DNA of 62,338 bases, filler included, from Chiloscyllium plagiosum (GCF_004010195.1; 4 parts of one record of this genome joined end to end with filler, not necessarily neighbours in it); one strand, 5' to 3'. Shown: positions 40,340-51,978, numbered from the whole stretch's first letter. Numbers and translations are program-made. Notes: generated by a model not told the origin, from the sequence alone.

Positions 40340-40790
40340 TTTCTGGGCTGAAGAGGAAAAATAGGACTGTCTAAGCCTATACTCATTGGAGTTTAAAAGT
40401 TGATCCTATTGAAGCATACAAGACCTTGTGAGGACTTCACATAATGGATTCTAAAGAGCGTTTTCCATTGTAGGAGAGAGTAGAACACCAAGGGACACAG
40501 TCTTAGAATATGAACTCTTGCTTTTATGATGTGAATGAGAAAAATCTCTTTTTCCCTCAGAATCATCATCAGAGAATTCGCTTCCCAGAAAATAACGAGG
40601 CTGGATCCTTGGATTTTATCAAGCCTAAATTGTATAGATTATTGAGAGATAAGAGAGTCAAAAATTGTCGAAGGACAGACAGGAACGTAGACTTAAAATT
40701 ACATCCAGATCAGCCATGATCTTATTAATGGAACAGAAGGCTTGAAGGGCCAAAAGGCCTACTCCTACTCCTAGATCCTATGTTTCTGAA
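40340..40790 (+). mobile_element. Degraded CR1 3' end
   Basis: gatcagccatgatcttatt...gaagggccaaaaggcctactcct tail. Confidence 0.7.
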
Positions 40791-40989
40791 TCACTCATGG
40801 AGTTCCTCAGGGTTGTATCCTCGGACCAATCACACTCAGTTTCTTCATTAATGATCAATGATCTTTCCTTCATTATAAGTGCATAAACGGTAATAATTGT
40901 TGATAATTTTACTAAATTCTCTTTTTTCCCTCATAATGCTTCATATATTGAAGCTGTGTTCAAATGCAACAAGGCATAAACAACATTCA

Positions 40990-41184
40990 GGAGAAAGTGA
41001 GGTCTGCAGATGCTGGAGATCAGAGCTGGAAATGTGTTGCTGGAAAAGCGCAGCAGGTCAGGCAGCATCCAGGGAACAGGAGAATCGACGTTTCGGGCAT
41101 AAGCCTGAAGAAGGGCTTCTGCCCGAAACGTCGATTCTCCTGTTCCCTGGATGCTGCCTGACCTGCTGCGCTTTTCCAGCAACA
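40990..41184. mobile_element. Young fold-back PLE derivative (family A)
   Basis: Near-perfect inverted arms. CTGAAGA...GAAACGTC at 41105-41132. Perfect 15-bp TSD cataaacaacattca at 40975-40989 and 41185-41199. Confidence 0.93.
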
Positions 41185-42504
41185 CATAAACAACATTCAT
41201 GCTTGTGATGATAAATGATTAGTATTAGTTGCACTACATTGTTAGGCAGTGGCATTCTCCAACAAGGGAAATTTAGCCATATTGCCTGGTCTTAAAATGG
41301 CATTATCATCACTGAATACTTCATTATGAACAACAAAGGGCTCATTATTAATCAGAAATTTAACTGGACAAGGTATGGCACAAGTAGTTCAGAGGATAGC
41401 AATTCTGCAGAGAGTAGCTCACCTCCTGAATCCCCCAAATCCAGTTCACCATTAAGAATTCAGGAGTGCGATGGAATACTCTCCACTTGCCTGAATGAGT
41501 GCAGCTCCAACAACACTCAAGGAGCTTGACACCACGAAGGACAAAGTAGCCCACTTTATTAACACCCCATCCACAATATTGCACGTTTATTCTTTCCACT
41601 CTGATGTACAATCTTGGTAATGTGTATCATCTATGAGACACACTGCAGTTAAACCTCCTTTGACAGCAGCTCTAATCCATGATTTCTAGAATGGAAACAT
41701 AACTTTACAGGCTATGAAACTACAGGTTTCCCACAACATTCTGACTTAGAACTATATCATCGCATCTCTATAATTCCTGCATCCAGATTGTGGAACTCCC
41801 TCTCTAACAGCAATACTAGTGTATCAACACTATGACAGCATCTGTAGTTCAATAAGTTGGCTCACTACCACCTCCTCAAGGGCAGTTGGGAGGGTAATAA
41901 ATATTAACCTTTCCAGTGATACCCATACCCCATAAATAAAAAAAAATTCCCTCCTCAAACTAAAATTAGGCCCATGTCGTACTGACATTTTGTCATTATC
42001 AAATATTTATCACTAGATATTTGAATTTTTGATTACCTAAATACTTTTCCAGACTGAATTTATATTATAGGGAACATAATCGGAGTTGAAATGCATTTGC
42101 TAAATTACTGGACAGTAGAATAATATTTTAAGGGAAAAAAATCAATGAATTCTTGTGGTACTTACAAAATCCATAGATTATTTATGGAAAAAATATTGAA
42201 AAGTATTGAAAGATAAAGCATCTATTTTCAAGGATTATGGAAGGTGATATAATGCAAAAGAGGTTGCTATTGGAGAGTAGCTATTGCAAACAGGAGGACC
42301 CAGTTTATGACAGAATCAATCAAAATGTTTCAGTTCCAAATATTTTATAGTTCAGATATTTTATAGTTTGGAACATAGCATTCAGGAGCATTTGATTGTG
42401 TGCTGGAAGGAAAATTCATTTTCACCTTTGTCTATTAATTCTAACACCTGCTTAAAACTAGCATACATTCTAGCTGAAATAATATTGGAGATAGAAATTA
42501 ATGC

Positions 42505-42823
42505 GGGGAGAAAGTGAGGACTGCAGATGCTGGAGATCAGAGCTGAAAATGTGTTGCTAGAAAAGCGCAGCAGGTCAGGCAGCATCCAAGGAACAGGAGA
42601 ATCGACGTTTCGGGCATAAGGCTTTCTTCAGGAATGAGGAAAGTGTGTCCAGCAGGCTAAGATAAAAGGTAGGGAGGAGGGACTTGGGGGGGGGGGCGTT
42701 GGAAATGAGATAGGTAGAAGGAGGTAAAGGTGAGGGTGATAGACTGGAGTGGGGGTGGGGGCGGAGAGGTCAGGAAGAAGATTGCAGGTTAGGAAGGCGG
42801 TGCTGAGTTCGAGGGATTTGACT
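42505..42823 (-). mobile_element. PLE 3' end (family A), truncated by gap
   Basis: Reverse complement of the sequence at 1-256. Confidence 0.85.
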
Positions 42824-42923
42824 NNNNNNNNNNNNNNNNNNNNNNNNNNNNNNNNNNNNNNNNNNNNTTAATTAATTAANNNNNNNNNNNNNNNNNNNNN
42901 NNNNNNNNNNNNNNNNNNNNNNN
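42824..42923. other. Artificial scaffold linker N44-TTAATTAATTAA-N44
   Basis: Same construct as 31454-31553. Confidence 0.97.
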
Positions 42924-43170
42924 CCTGACCCATCACCATCATCCCCTCCCCCACTCACCTATTGTACTCCATTCTACTTTCTCCCCACCCCCATCCTCCT
43001 CTAGCTTACCTCTCCGCGCTTCAAGCTCTCTGCCTTTATTCCTGATTAAGGGCTTTTGCCCGAAACGTCAATTTTACTGCTCCTCGGATGCTGCCTGAAT
43101 TGCTGTGCTCTTCCAGCATCACTAATCCAGAATCTGGTTTCCAGCATCTGCAGTCATTGTTTTTACCTAA
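42924..43170 (+). mobile_element. PLE 3' end (family A-related subfamily)
   Basis: C-rich leader and attcCTGATTAagggcttttgcccGAAAcgtc (mutated hammerhead core). Confidence 0.8.
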
Positions 43171-43297
43171 ATTCATTTATAACCTATTGGTCAAAATATC
43201 TGACAGCTCTCAAAGGGCTCGAACAACAATGTGAATGTTACTTGCCACTTCTCAATCCAAATCTGTATATTATCCGGGTCTGAGAGACATTGGACCA

Positions 43298-43465
43298 ACA
43301 TTGCTTCCATATTTGAAGTGTTTCCATGAGTAATTCTATATCACAGCTACAGGATCCAGCACAGAAATGGTGTGCCCTTCCCCACTGAAGACCATACTCA
43401 TATTTAACTTGCATGACAATGGGATGACATTGCTTCCATATTTGAAGTGTTTCCATGAGTAATTC
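43298..43465. repeat. Perfect 39-bp direct repeat separated by 90 nt
   Basis: acattgcttccatatttgaagtgtttccatgagtaattc at 43298-43336 and 43427-43465. Confidence 0.95.
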
Positions 43466-43524
43466 CTAGTCTTGCTCTTTAGAAGACCACAGTTTATATT
43501 GCCTATTCATCTTTTTTCATGTTT

Positions 43525-43840
43525 GATTAGATTAGATTACTTACAATGTAGAAACAGGCCTTTAGACCCAACAATCCACACCGACCCTCTGAAGAAAAAC
43601 CCACCCAGACCCATTCCCCTACATTTACCTCTTCACCTAACACTACAGGCAATTTAGCATGGCCAATTCATCTAACCTGCACATCTTTGGACTGTGGGAG
43701 GAAACCGGAGCATCCGGAGGAAACCCACGCAGACACGGGGAGAATGTGCAAACTCCATACAGTTGCCCAAGGCGGGAATTGAACCCAGGTCTCTGGCGCT
43801 GTGAGGCAACAGTGCTAACCACTGTGCCACCATGCTGCCC
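43525..43840 (-). mobile_element. HE1-type V-SINE
   Basis: Full-length reverse copy with (gatta)n tail. Confidence 0.92.
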
Positions 43841-43989
43841 ATGGTTAATATCTGTTTATTGTCTGTTTATATATTTCATACTAATTATCCCATATACTCC
43901 AACATCCCCCCTCTAACTTTTTTTAAAAGCAAACAATAATGCGATTTAAGACGAACAAGACTCCTTGTACAGATCTTTGGAGGAGAAAG

Positions 43990-45300
43990 AGGGCAGGAGA
44001 CAGGAGTTTGCAACAATGACTGGGTGAAGGATTTCTTTCCCCCCCCACCCAACAGATGAGTAACAACAGCATATGTAAAGAAGATGGGGACAATACCTAA
44101 AGATAGAGAACCACTTAAAATATTGGCTAACATGGAAGCCCAGATGGATGATCAGTAGTCTAGTCGGAATACTAACAGGAGGTGGATCTAATGGACAAAA
44201 TGAGTTCATCACAGAATCCCTTTAGTGTGGAGGCAGGCTATTCAGTCCATAGAGTCCAAACTGATCCTCTGAAGAGCATCCCACTCAGACCTGACCACCC
44301 CCCCCCCCCTTGCAAACCAAACCCCAATAATCTTTCAGTTCCATGGCTTATTCACCTAGACACAATGGGCAATTTAGCAAGGCCAATCTACCTGAACTGC
44401 ACATTTTTGTGATTGTGAGGGGAAACTAGAGCACCTGGAGGAAATCCATGGTGATAATGTTCAAATTCCACACAGACAGTCACCGGAGGGTGAAATCAAA
44501 CCCAGGTTCTTAGCTCTGTGGAACAGCAATGCTAACCACTGAGGCACCATGCCGTTCAGTAAGAGGACAAGGAGAAACAAGAGAGTGTTGGGCTAAGTCA
44601 AGGAGGAGCAGAGAATATGTATCATTAGGTTTCTCGTGATCAAAAGACAAAATATATACAGTGAGAGCAGGATGTAAAATGCTAGACAGAAAGGTTTTCA
44701 ATGTATATACTGGATCAGGGCGACCCAATAAAGATCAGCAAGGCTTAGGACGTTAAGTATAATCTGACCCAGAAGGAGGAGCGAATGCAAGTAACTGAAC
44801 TTTGAGAAAGCTAGAATTTACAAGTGAGTGACAGAAGGCCATCAAAGAAAGCAGTATATTAAATAAGTCTGGAGATGATAATGGAATGTATAAAGGTCCT
44901 TCAAAAGGGTTCAAGGAAAGGCTAAAGACCGGCATTGTTGAATGTGAAGCTCACTTCAATGGAGACTGAATTTCAAGGTTGCACAGTTCTGTTCAATTTG
45001 AGTGAATAGTCATCAGGTGAATGAAAAATGATAAGAATCAATGGAAAGACTCAAAAACAATGATTTCAATTTCCCCAATGTTCTGCTGCCAGAAGACTTT
45101 ACTCACCCGGAGTTCAGTGTCAAACAAAGAGTCTAACTGTACCAACAGAGTTATGGGACTGAGAAGTGGCAAAAATGTAGACATACAACTGTGTATGGAA
45201 GCTGACCCCATACACTGGAGATGATGTCATATAAAGCACCACAGAGACAATGGGCGCCAAAGATAAAGCCTTTAACAATGATGCAGATGAGAGAAGCCAT
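43990..45300 (-). mobile_element. Degraded L2-clade LINE fragment
   Basis: ORF 43885-44133 LANILSGSLSLGIVPIFFTYAVVTHLL..KK resembles L2 (IN.SL..G.VP..FK.A.ITPLLKK). It is interrupted by an HE1. Confidence 0.5.
44208..44553 (-). mobile_element. Degenerate HE1-type V-SINE
   Basis: gggcaatttagcaaggccaat...gctaaccactgaggcaccatgcc. Confidence 0.85.
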
Positions 45301-45867
45301 TTCGGGAGATTCACTGGTTATAACATACAGTGGGCAAACAACGACAAAGTAGTGCTATGGGACTTGATTACACACTGAGGCAAGCTTCCAGCATTCTAGC
45401 ATAATTGTTGGGGCAAGTCCACCCCTGTTTGGCCAGCTTACCTTAATTACTCTCAGGTGAAACTTTTGGCCTCATCCAATAGGGTATTCCATTTTAACTA
45501 GCTATCATTTCTTCAGCTTGGCAGATCCACCAGCAGAAGAGGCCACTGCCAAATCAGGAAGAACAAATCTGGACGCTCCTGACACAGGTTAAGTTTAGGA
45601 TCTTGCTGGGAGGAGGTTGGAAACAATTGCCTATTTAAGAGCCTCAAACTGGACTGCTGCAGAGAGGTACACTGAAATACACAGTGTCCCAGGCCATTGG
45701 GACTGAAAACCTGGGACACTGGGATGTCATCAGGTAAAGGACAAATGGGGTGTATGGCCAGGGCTGCAATATCTACTCCACTGAATCAGGCACTTGTAAG
45801 GAATCAGCAACTTACCCAAGAATGTCAAGGCTAAATAGCAGTGTTCATTCTACTTGATTTTAATGTG

Positions 45868-46190
45868 TAGATAGATAGATTTAGATAGATTCCTTACAGT
45901 GTGGAAACAGGCCCTTTAGCCAACCAGTCCACACTGACCCTCTGAAGAGTAACCCACCCAGACCCATTTCCCTCTGACTAATGCACCTAACACTATGGGC
46001 AATTTAGCATGGCCAATTCACCTGACCTACACATCTTTGGAGTGCGAGAGGAAACTGGAGCACTCGGAGGAAACTCACGCATACATGGGGAGAACGTGCA
46101 AACTCCACACAGACAGTCGCTGAGGCTGGAATTGAACCTGGGACCCTGGTGCTGTGAGACAGCAGTGCTAACCACTGAGCCACCGTGCTG
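45868..46190 (-). mobile_element. HE1-type V-SINE
   Basis: Full-length reverse copy. Confidence 0.92.
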
Positions 46191-46703
46191 TATAATTACA
46201 AATCCAAAGGTCAAATAGGTTTCTGCATTCTTTGCGAAGTAGTTAAAAATATTAAATATAATTAAGCCTTGGTAACTTTGTTGCAGGGATTTTTTTCGGA
46301 AGCAGCCCCACACACCACCCTGAATCTAATAAGCCAGAAAGCTTTTCAGAGGCAAAGTGCAAATGTTGGGAACCAAATCTGTCCCAGTTCAGAATATGAA
46401 AGGCTAAAATTTCCATGCTGCTCTCCTTTTATTATGCCATACTTTCAGAAGAAATCCCAACGAACTGTTGTGTATGACCCGATACCAGGGTTACCTTTGT
46501 TCTTACACTAAAGCTATAACAAGACATTCCGGCTGAGATCCAATTTTACATTTTTAATCTGTAGCAGTGAGCTGTGGTTTAAGTACACAGTTGCAACATC
46601 ATGCATAGATTGTTTATTCATTCACAGAATACAAGTTTTGCTGGCAAAGCCAGCAGTTCTTTATTCCTTCATGCTGGGGGGGGGGGGGGGGGGGGGGCGG
46701 GGT

Positions 46704-47313
46704 CATAGACTCACAGAGTCACAGAGATATACATCATGGAAACAGACCCTTCGGTCCAACTCATTCATGCTGACCAGATATTACAGCCCAATCTACTCCC
46801 ACTTGGCAGCACCCGGCCCATACCCCTCTAAACCCTTCCTATTCATATACCCATCCAGATGCCTTTTAAATGTTGTAATTGTACTAGCCTCCACCACTTT
46901 CTCTGGCAGCCCATTCCACACATGCACCACCCCCTGCGTGAAAAGGTTGCCCCTTAGGTCTCTTTTATATCTTTCCCCTCTCACTCTAAACTTATGCCCT
47001 CTAGTTCTGGACTCCCCAACCCCAGGAAAAGTCTATTTATACTATGATTTTATAAACCTCTATAAGGTCATCCCTCAGTTTCTAACGCTCCAGGGAAAAC
47101 AGCCCCAGTCTATTCAACGTCTTCCTATAGCTCAAATCCTCCAACCCTGGCAACATCCTGATAAATCTTTTTTGAACCTTTTCATGTTCCACAACATCCT
47201 TCCGATAGAAAGGAGAACAGAATTGCACCCAATATTCCAGAAGTAATCTAATCAATGTCCTGTACAGCCGCAACATGACTCCCAACTCCTATACTCAATG
47301 GTCTGACCAATAA
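46704..47313 (-). mobile_element. CR1 3' fragment
   Basis: ORFs 47082-47285 and 46793-46984 (LYRTLIRLLLEYWVQFCSP; LFTQGVVHVWNGLP). Confidence 0.9.
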
Positions 47314-47314
47314 A

Positions 47315-47760
47315 GAGTCATAGAGATGTACAACACAGAAACAGACCCTTTGGTCCAGCTCATCCATGCCAACCAGATATCGTATATAAATCCAGTCCCA
47401 TTTACCAGCATTTGGCCCAGATCCCTCTAAACCCTTCTTATTTATATACCCATCCAGATGCCTTTTAAATGTTGCAATCGTACCAGCCTCCACCACTTCC
47501 TCTGGTAGCTCATTCCATACACGCACTACCCTCTGCGTGAAAAAGCTGCCCATTAGGTCCCTTTTAAATCTTTACTCTCTGATCATAAACCTATGTACTT
47601 TAGTTTTGGACTCCATTACCCTGGGGAAAAGACCTTGCTTATATACCCTATCCATATCCCTCATGATTTTATAAACCTCCACGAGGCATCCCTTAAGCCT
47701 CTGGTGCTCAAGCCCAGTCCCCCCTTTCCCTATAGCTCAAGTCCTCCAACCCTGGCAACA
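47315..47760 (-). mobile_element. Second CR1 3' fragment of the same family, in tandem
   Basis: FFTQRVVRVWNELPEEVVEAG, with its own tail at ~47315. Confidence 0.9.
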
Positions 47761-47762
47761 TT

Positions 47763-48085
47763 AGGGGCAGCACGGTGGCACAGTGGTTAACACTGCTGCC
47801 TCACAGCGCCAGAGACCCGGGTTCAATTCCCATCTCAGTCAACTGCTGTGTGGAGTTTGCACATTCTTCCCGTGTCTGCTTGGGTTTCCTCCGGGTGCTC
47901 TGGTTTCCTCCCACAGTCCAAAAATGTGCAGGTTAGGTGAATTGGCCATACTAAATTGCACGTAGTGTTAGGTGAAGGGGTAAATGTAGGGGAATGGGTC
48001 TGAGTGGGTTGCTCTTCGGAGGGCCGGTGTGGACTTGTAGGGCCGAAGGGCCTGTTTCCATACTAAGCAATCTAATCTAATCTAA
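47763..48085 (+). mobile_element. HE1-type V-SINE
   Basis: A box tggcacagtgg, B box ggttcaattcc, V-domain and (atcta)n tail. Confidence 0.93.
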
Positions 48086-48099
48086 TTAAGTCACTGGAA

Positions 48100-48460
48100 A
48101 GACCAGCATTTGTTGTCTAGTCCCAAATACCCTTAAACAGAGTAGCTTGCTGAGCTATTGCAGAAGGCAGATCAGAATTAACCACATTGTTGTGGGTCCA
48201 GAGTCACATGTAGGTCAGATCAGTTAAGGATGGCAGATTTCCTTCCCTAATAGACATTAGAGAACCAGTTTTATTTTCCACAACAACTGATGATAACTTA
48301 ATAGTTACCTGTGCTGAAGTAAGCTATTAATTTCAGATTTTTTTCATTGAAGTTACATTTCACCAGCTGACATTGTGGTATTGAACCCATATTGCTACAA
48401 TATTAGCATAGGCCTCTAGATTACTTGTCCAGTGACATTACAACTATAACAACATCTCCA
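48100..48460 (-). mobile_element. Old SINE (second family), near full length
   Basis: Reverse complement of the 15010-15245 core, plus a tRNA-like head remnant (ttgaaccc...ttacttgtccagtgacatta). Confidence 0.6.
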
Positions 48461-48785
48461 CTTATATTCCAGCCATAATTGCCTTTGAAAAGATTGTGTT
48501 TAACTGTGTTCTTGAATTGTTGCAATCCATTTTATGTAGGTACGTTCACAATGCTGTTAGACAGAAAGTTTCAGCAATTTGACTCAATGACAATGAAGGA
48601 AGATCCATTTAATTCCATGGGTCAGTGATTTAGGAAGAGATCTTGCAGATGAAACGTGAAGGTGCTCCATCTATACAGAGTATTCTGGCCTCCCCGCAAA
48701 GGCAGACACATATTTTGCTAATTTAGTCGGCCAACCTGAGACGGAGGGAACTCATTTGGGCGATTGGTCACCATCCCTATTGAAT

Positions 48786-49252
48786 GGCATGGTAGCTCAG
48801 TCATTAGCACTGCTGCCTCACAGCGCCAGGGACCTGGTTCGATTCCAGCCTCAGGTGACTGTCTGTATGGAGTTTGCATATTCTCCCCATGTCTGCGTGG
48901 GTTCCTTCTGGGTGCTCTGGCTTCCATCCACAATCCATGTGCAGGTTAGGATTGGCCATGCTAAATTGTCCATAGTATTCAGGGATGTGTAGGTTAGGTG
49001 CATTAGCTGGGGGTAAATGTAGAGTAATAGGTTCGGGGAAATGGGTCTGGATGGGTGACTCTTCAAAGGATCAGTGTGGACTTGTGTGGTGAAAGGGTTA
49101 AAATTATGTCCCAATACATTATTCTAGCAGACTCGCCTCTTGGTCGTTTGTTCTGTGTCAGACTACTCTCCTACGAACCTGACCTTGAGAATTTTTTAAA
49201 ACAACTTGTTGGGCCGAAGGGCCTGTTTCCACACTGTAGGGATTCAATGATT
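48786..49252 (+). mobile_element. HE1-type V-SINE interrupted by a 119-bp insert
   Basis: The HE1 sequence tgtggacttg|ttgggccgaagggcc is split at 49084/49204. Confidence 0.9.
49085..49203. mobile_element. 119-bp TG...CA element (miniature solo-LTR-like) with 5-bp TSD
   Basis: ACTTG-[TGTGGTG...AAAACA]-ACTTG. Removing the insert restores the HE1 consensus. Confidence 0.75.
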
Positions 49253-49493
49253 CTTTCTGCCCTCCTTCTTCTTCTAGTAGGTAGAAGTAATGAGTTTGGA
49301 AAGTACTGTCAAAGGAGGCCTGGAAAGTTATTGCTATGCATCATGTAGATTTTGTTCATTGTTGCTGCTGTGAACCTGTGATGGAGGGAGTAAATATTTT
49401 AAAAGTGACAGGCTTCCTGACAGATTTTGGATGTGCAAATCATCCAGACAGTGTAGTATATGGTATATAGTGTATAGTACAGTGGATAGTTTA

Positions 49494-49624
49494 TGATTCC
49501 TGGTGAAGGGCTCCGATCCAAAACATTGATTCTCCTGCTCCTCGGATGCTGACTGACCTGTTGTGATTTTCCAGCAACACACTCTCAATTCTGATCTCCA
49601 GCATCTGCAGACCTCACTGTCTCC
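49494..49624 (+). mobile_element. PLE 3' arm (family A), degenerate
   Basis: gattcctggtgaagggc...ctgcagacctcactgtctcc. tagtatatg occurs on both sides. Confidence 0.75.
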
Positions 49625-49816
49625 TAGTATATGATCACACTCTTGACTTGTGCCAAGTAGATGATGCACAGGTTTTGAGGAGTCAAAAAATGAATTACAT
49701 GTAACAGAACTTCCTGCCTCTTGCCTTTTCTTTTAGTTGCAGTGTTATATGTCTGATCCAGTTAAATCCCTAGCTAACAGTAATCCCCAGGATGTGGATG
49801 CTGGGAAATTTAATGA

Positions 49817-49993
49817 CGTGGAGGTGCCAGTGTTGGACTGAGGTGGATAAAGTTAAAAATCATAGAACACCAGGTTATAGTCCAACCAGTTTATTTAGAA
49901 GTACAAGCTTTCGGAGCTAGTTGCCTGACAATAAAACAGCGCTCTGAAAACGCGTACTTCCAAATAAACCGGTTGGACTATAATCTGATGTTG
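49817..49993. mobile_element. Fold-back PLE derivative (family D)
   Basis: ttatagtccaacc...tttatt / aataaa...ggttggactataa arms. 15-bp TSD tgggaaatttaatga at 49802-49816 and 49994-50008. Confidence 0.85.
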
Positions 49994-50557
49994 TGGGAAA
50001 TTTAATGATATTCAATGCCAACAGAGTTCAATTTTAGATTCTCTCTTGTTAGAGATGGCGACTGCCTGGCACTAGTTAAGCCAAGTCTGAATGTTGCTGA
50101 GGTCCTGCTGCTACGTAAACATAGCCTGCTTCAGTACTTGAGGACTTATGAACGGTGCTAACCATTATGCAATCATTAATGAACCTCCCCACTTCTGACA
50201 TCATGATGGAAAGGTCAATGATGAAGCAGCAAAAAAAAAAAGGTTCAGCTGGGGCAAAATACCCTGAGGAGCTACTGTAGTGTTGCCCGTGGGTTGACAT
50301 AAGTCCCTCTAACAGGAGCAACCATCTTTCTTCGTACTAGCTTTGGCTCCAGCCAGGAGACATCTTTCTTCTGATTGCCAATGATCGCAATGTTGATTAA
50401 ATGGCATTTCAGTTGTCACAGGCTGTAGCTCACACAACAACTCTGATATTCAACTTTATTGGTCTGTTTGAAGCAAGGGTGTAATGAGGCCAAGAACCAA
50501 ACAAATGTAATGGATTCCAAACTCAGCATCAATCAGCAAGTCGCTGGAGTAAGTACC

Positions 50558-51185
50558 GTAATGTTAAATGATTAAATGGGAATATCATCTGGACATTAAC
50601 TTAATATTAAAGGGTTACACTGCACAGAGTGAACATTCTGGAAGTGGGTGGGGACGACAGTCATGCAGGAAAATGGATGACTCCCACTCCAATTAGACAG
50701 TCATTTACTACTACTCCCCTACTATTTTCAAATTAAACTATCATTCAATCTTCTCCATTCAGAAATGCTTTTGAGCCATCCCCTGAAGCGAGGTATATCA
50801 CACCTATATTGCCTTGGGGAAATCACTGAGTCAGGAAATCATCTGCATAATGACTCCCCAGGATTAGGACATTCACATTTGTATTATCTCCGAGGATGAT
50901 CTCATCCTACCATTGTACCTAGGGTAACATGAGACCATGAGGGAGTGGCTGGGGTTGTCTTGAGTGGCACATGACTATGGGGGAGTGGCCAGAGTATCTG
51001 TAAGCATTGCTAACTGAACCTGTATAAAGGGGATCTGTTTCCTTTGTTCAGGGCCTTTTTGACTTGACTTAGAATGGTCGGTCAAAGGGGTCACCTAGCT
51101 TGTACAAGCTTGAATAAACTTTAACTGTTTGCAGAAGTTGGTGTGTGCGAATTGCATTGTGAAACCTGGGGAAAAGAACCTAACA
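50558..51185 (+). mobile_element. Probable solo LTR (~630 bp)
   Basis: It interrupts the host LINE, starts gtaatgtta and ends ctaaCA. Flanks are gtacc/gcacc. TATAAA at ~51024 is followed by AATAAA at ~51113. Confidence 0.65.
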
Positions 51186-51978
51186 GCACCACTTGATAGT
51201 AATGTCAAAAATACCTTCCGTTGCCCAGTTTTGTTTTAAATTAACCAGCCATAGCTGGGAAATGTTCTCCATTGTTGGAAGAATGCCAGTGTTGTAACTG
51301 TTGTGGAGCAGCTTAGAGAGTGCCACTAGCTCTGGAGCTACTGAATCTTCAGTATTGTCGCTGGGATACAAACCTATTTGGGATTCTCAATGAAGTGTGT
51401 TGCATCAATGTATCACAGCTTGTTCAAATTACAATTAATCTTTGAATTTATTAGGCAGTTCCAGTTGTCAGATAAATTCTCAAGGATCACCACTATGCCT
51501 GAGAAATAGCCCATGAAAATAAAATGCATGAACACCTGGAGGGAAGCATGGAAGTTAGTTATTCCGATAGACATCGGTCACACTTCATAAAAAGAGGATT
51601 GTTCTGGACAAGTGTCAAAGAACCATCCAACTGTGATGATAAAGAAATCTTGAAAACTTGTTTCTTTACTACTTCATTTCTAGTTTGTGGTAAAGAAAAT
51701 AATGATTATAATCATTTGAAAGATTAGGTACAATTGGCATTTCTAGCTGGAAAAAAAACGGAGTGTTTGGGCAACCAATGTTCAGTGGATCAAGGAACAA
51801 AATAGCTGCACTTATTATATATTATACAATTAAATATTCCCTTAGAGAACCTGAATGATGGTTCAACTGGGACTTTGCTGAACTTTCCAGGAACAATTAA
51901 AGTAACTGCTGTGTAATGCACAGCTTTCCCTGGTATGTGGCAGATGGTCATCAGTTAGCTTTGCATAATTAAACAGAA

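Larger units (their letters stand above)
39900..41945 (+). mobile_element. Old divergent CR1-clade LINE, fragmented and hosting younger inserts
   Basis: RSAMEYSPLA*MSAAPTTLKELDT at ~41462. 3' tail ...cccataaataaaaaaaa at ~41940. Confidence 0.65.
48460..51370 (-). mobile_element. Old divergent CR1-clade LINE hosting nested insertions
   Basis: ORFs 51180-51371 (APELVALSKLLHNSYNTGILPT) and 50076-50321 (FIIDL...VGRFINDC). Same family as 39900-41945. Confidence 0.6.

Noticed and set aside
43298..43465. CRISPR-like repeat-spacer-repeat
   Set aside because: Only two repeats, a 90-nt spacer, no cas genes and a vertebrate context.
46675..46702. Poly-G runs (also 14530-14551) as functional G-quadruplexes
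   Set aside because: Homopolymer expansions in or beside repeats, error-prone in assembly, with no evidence of function.
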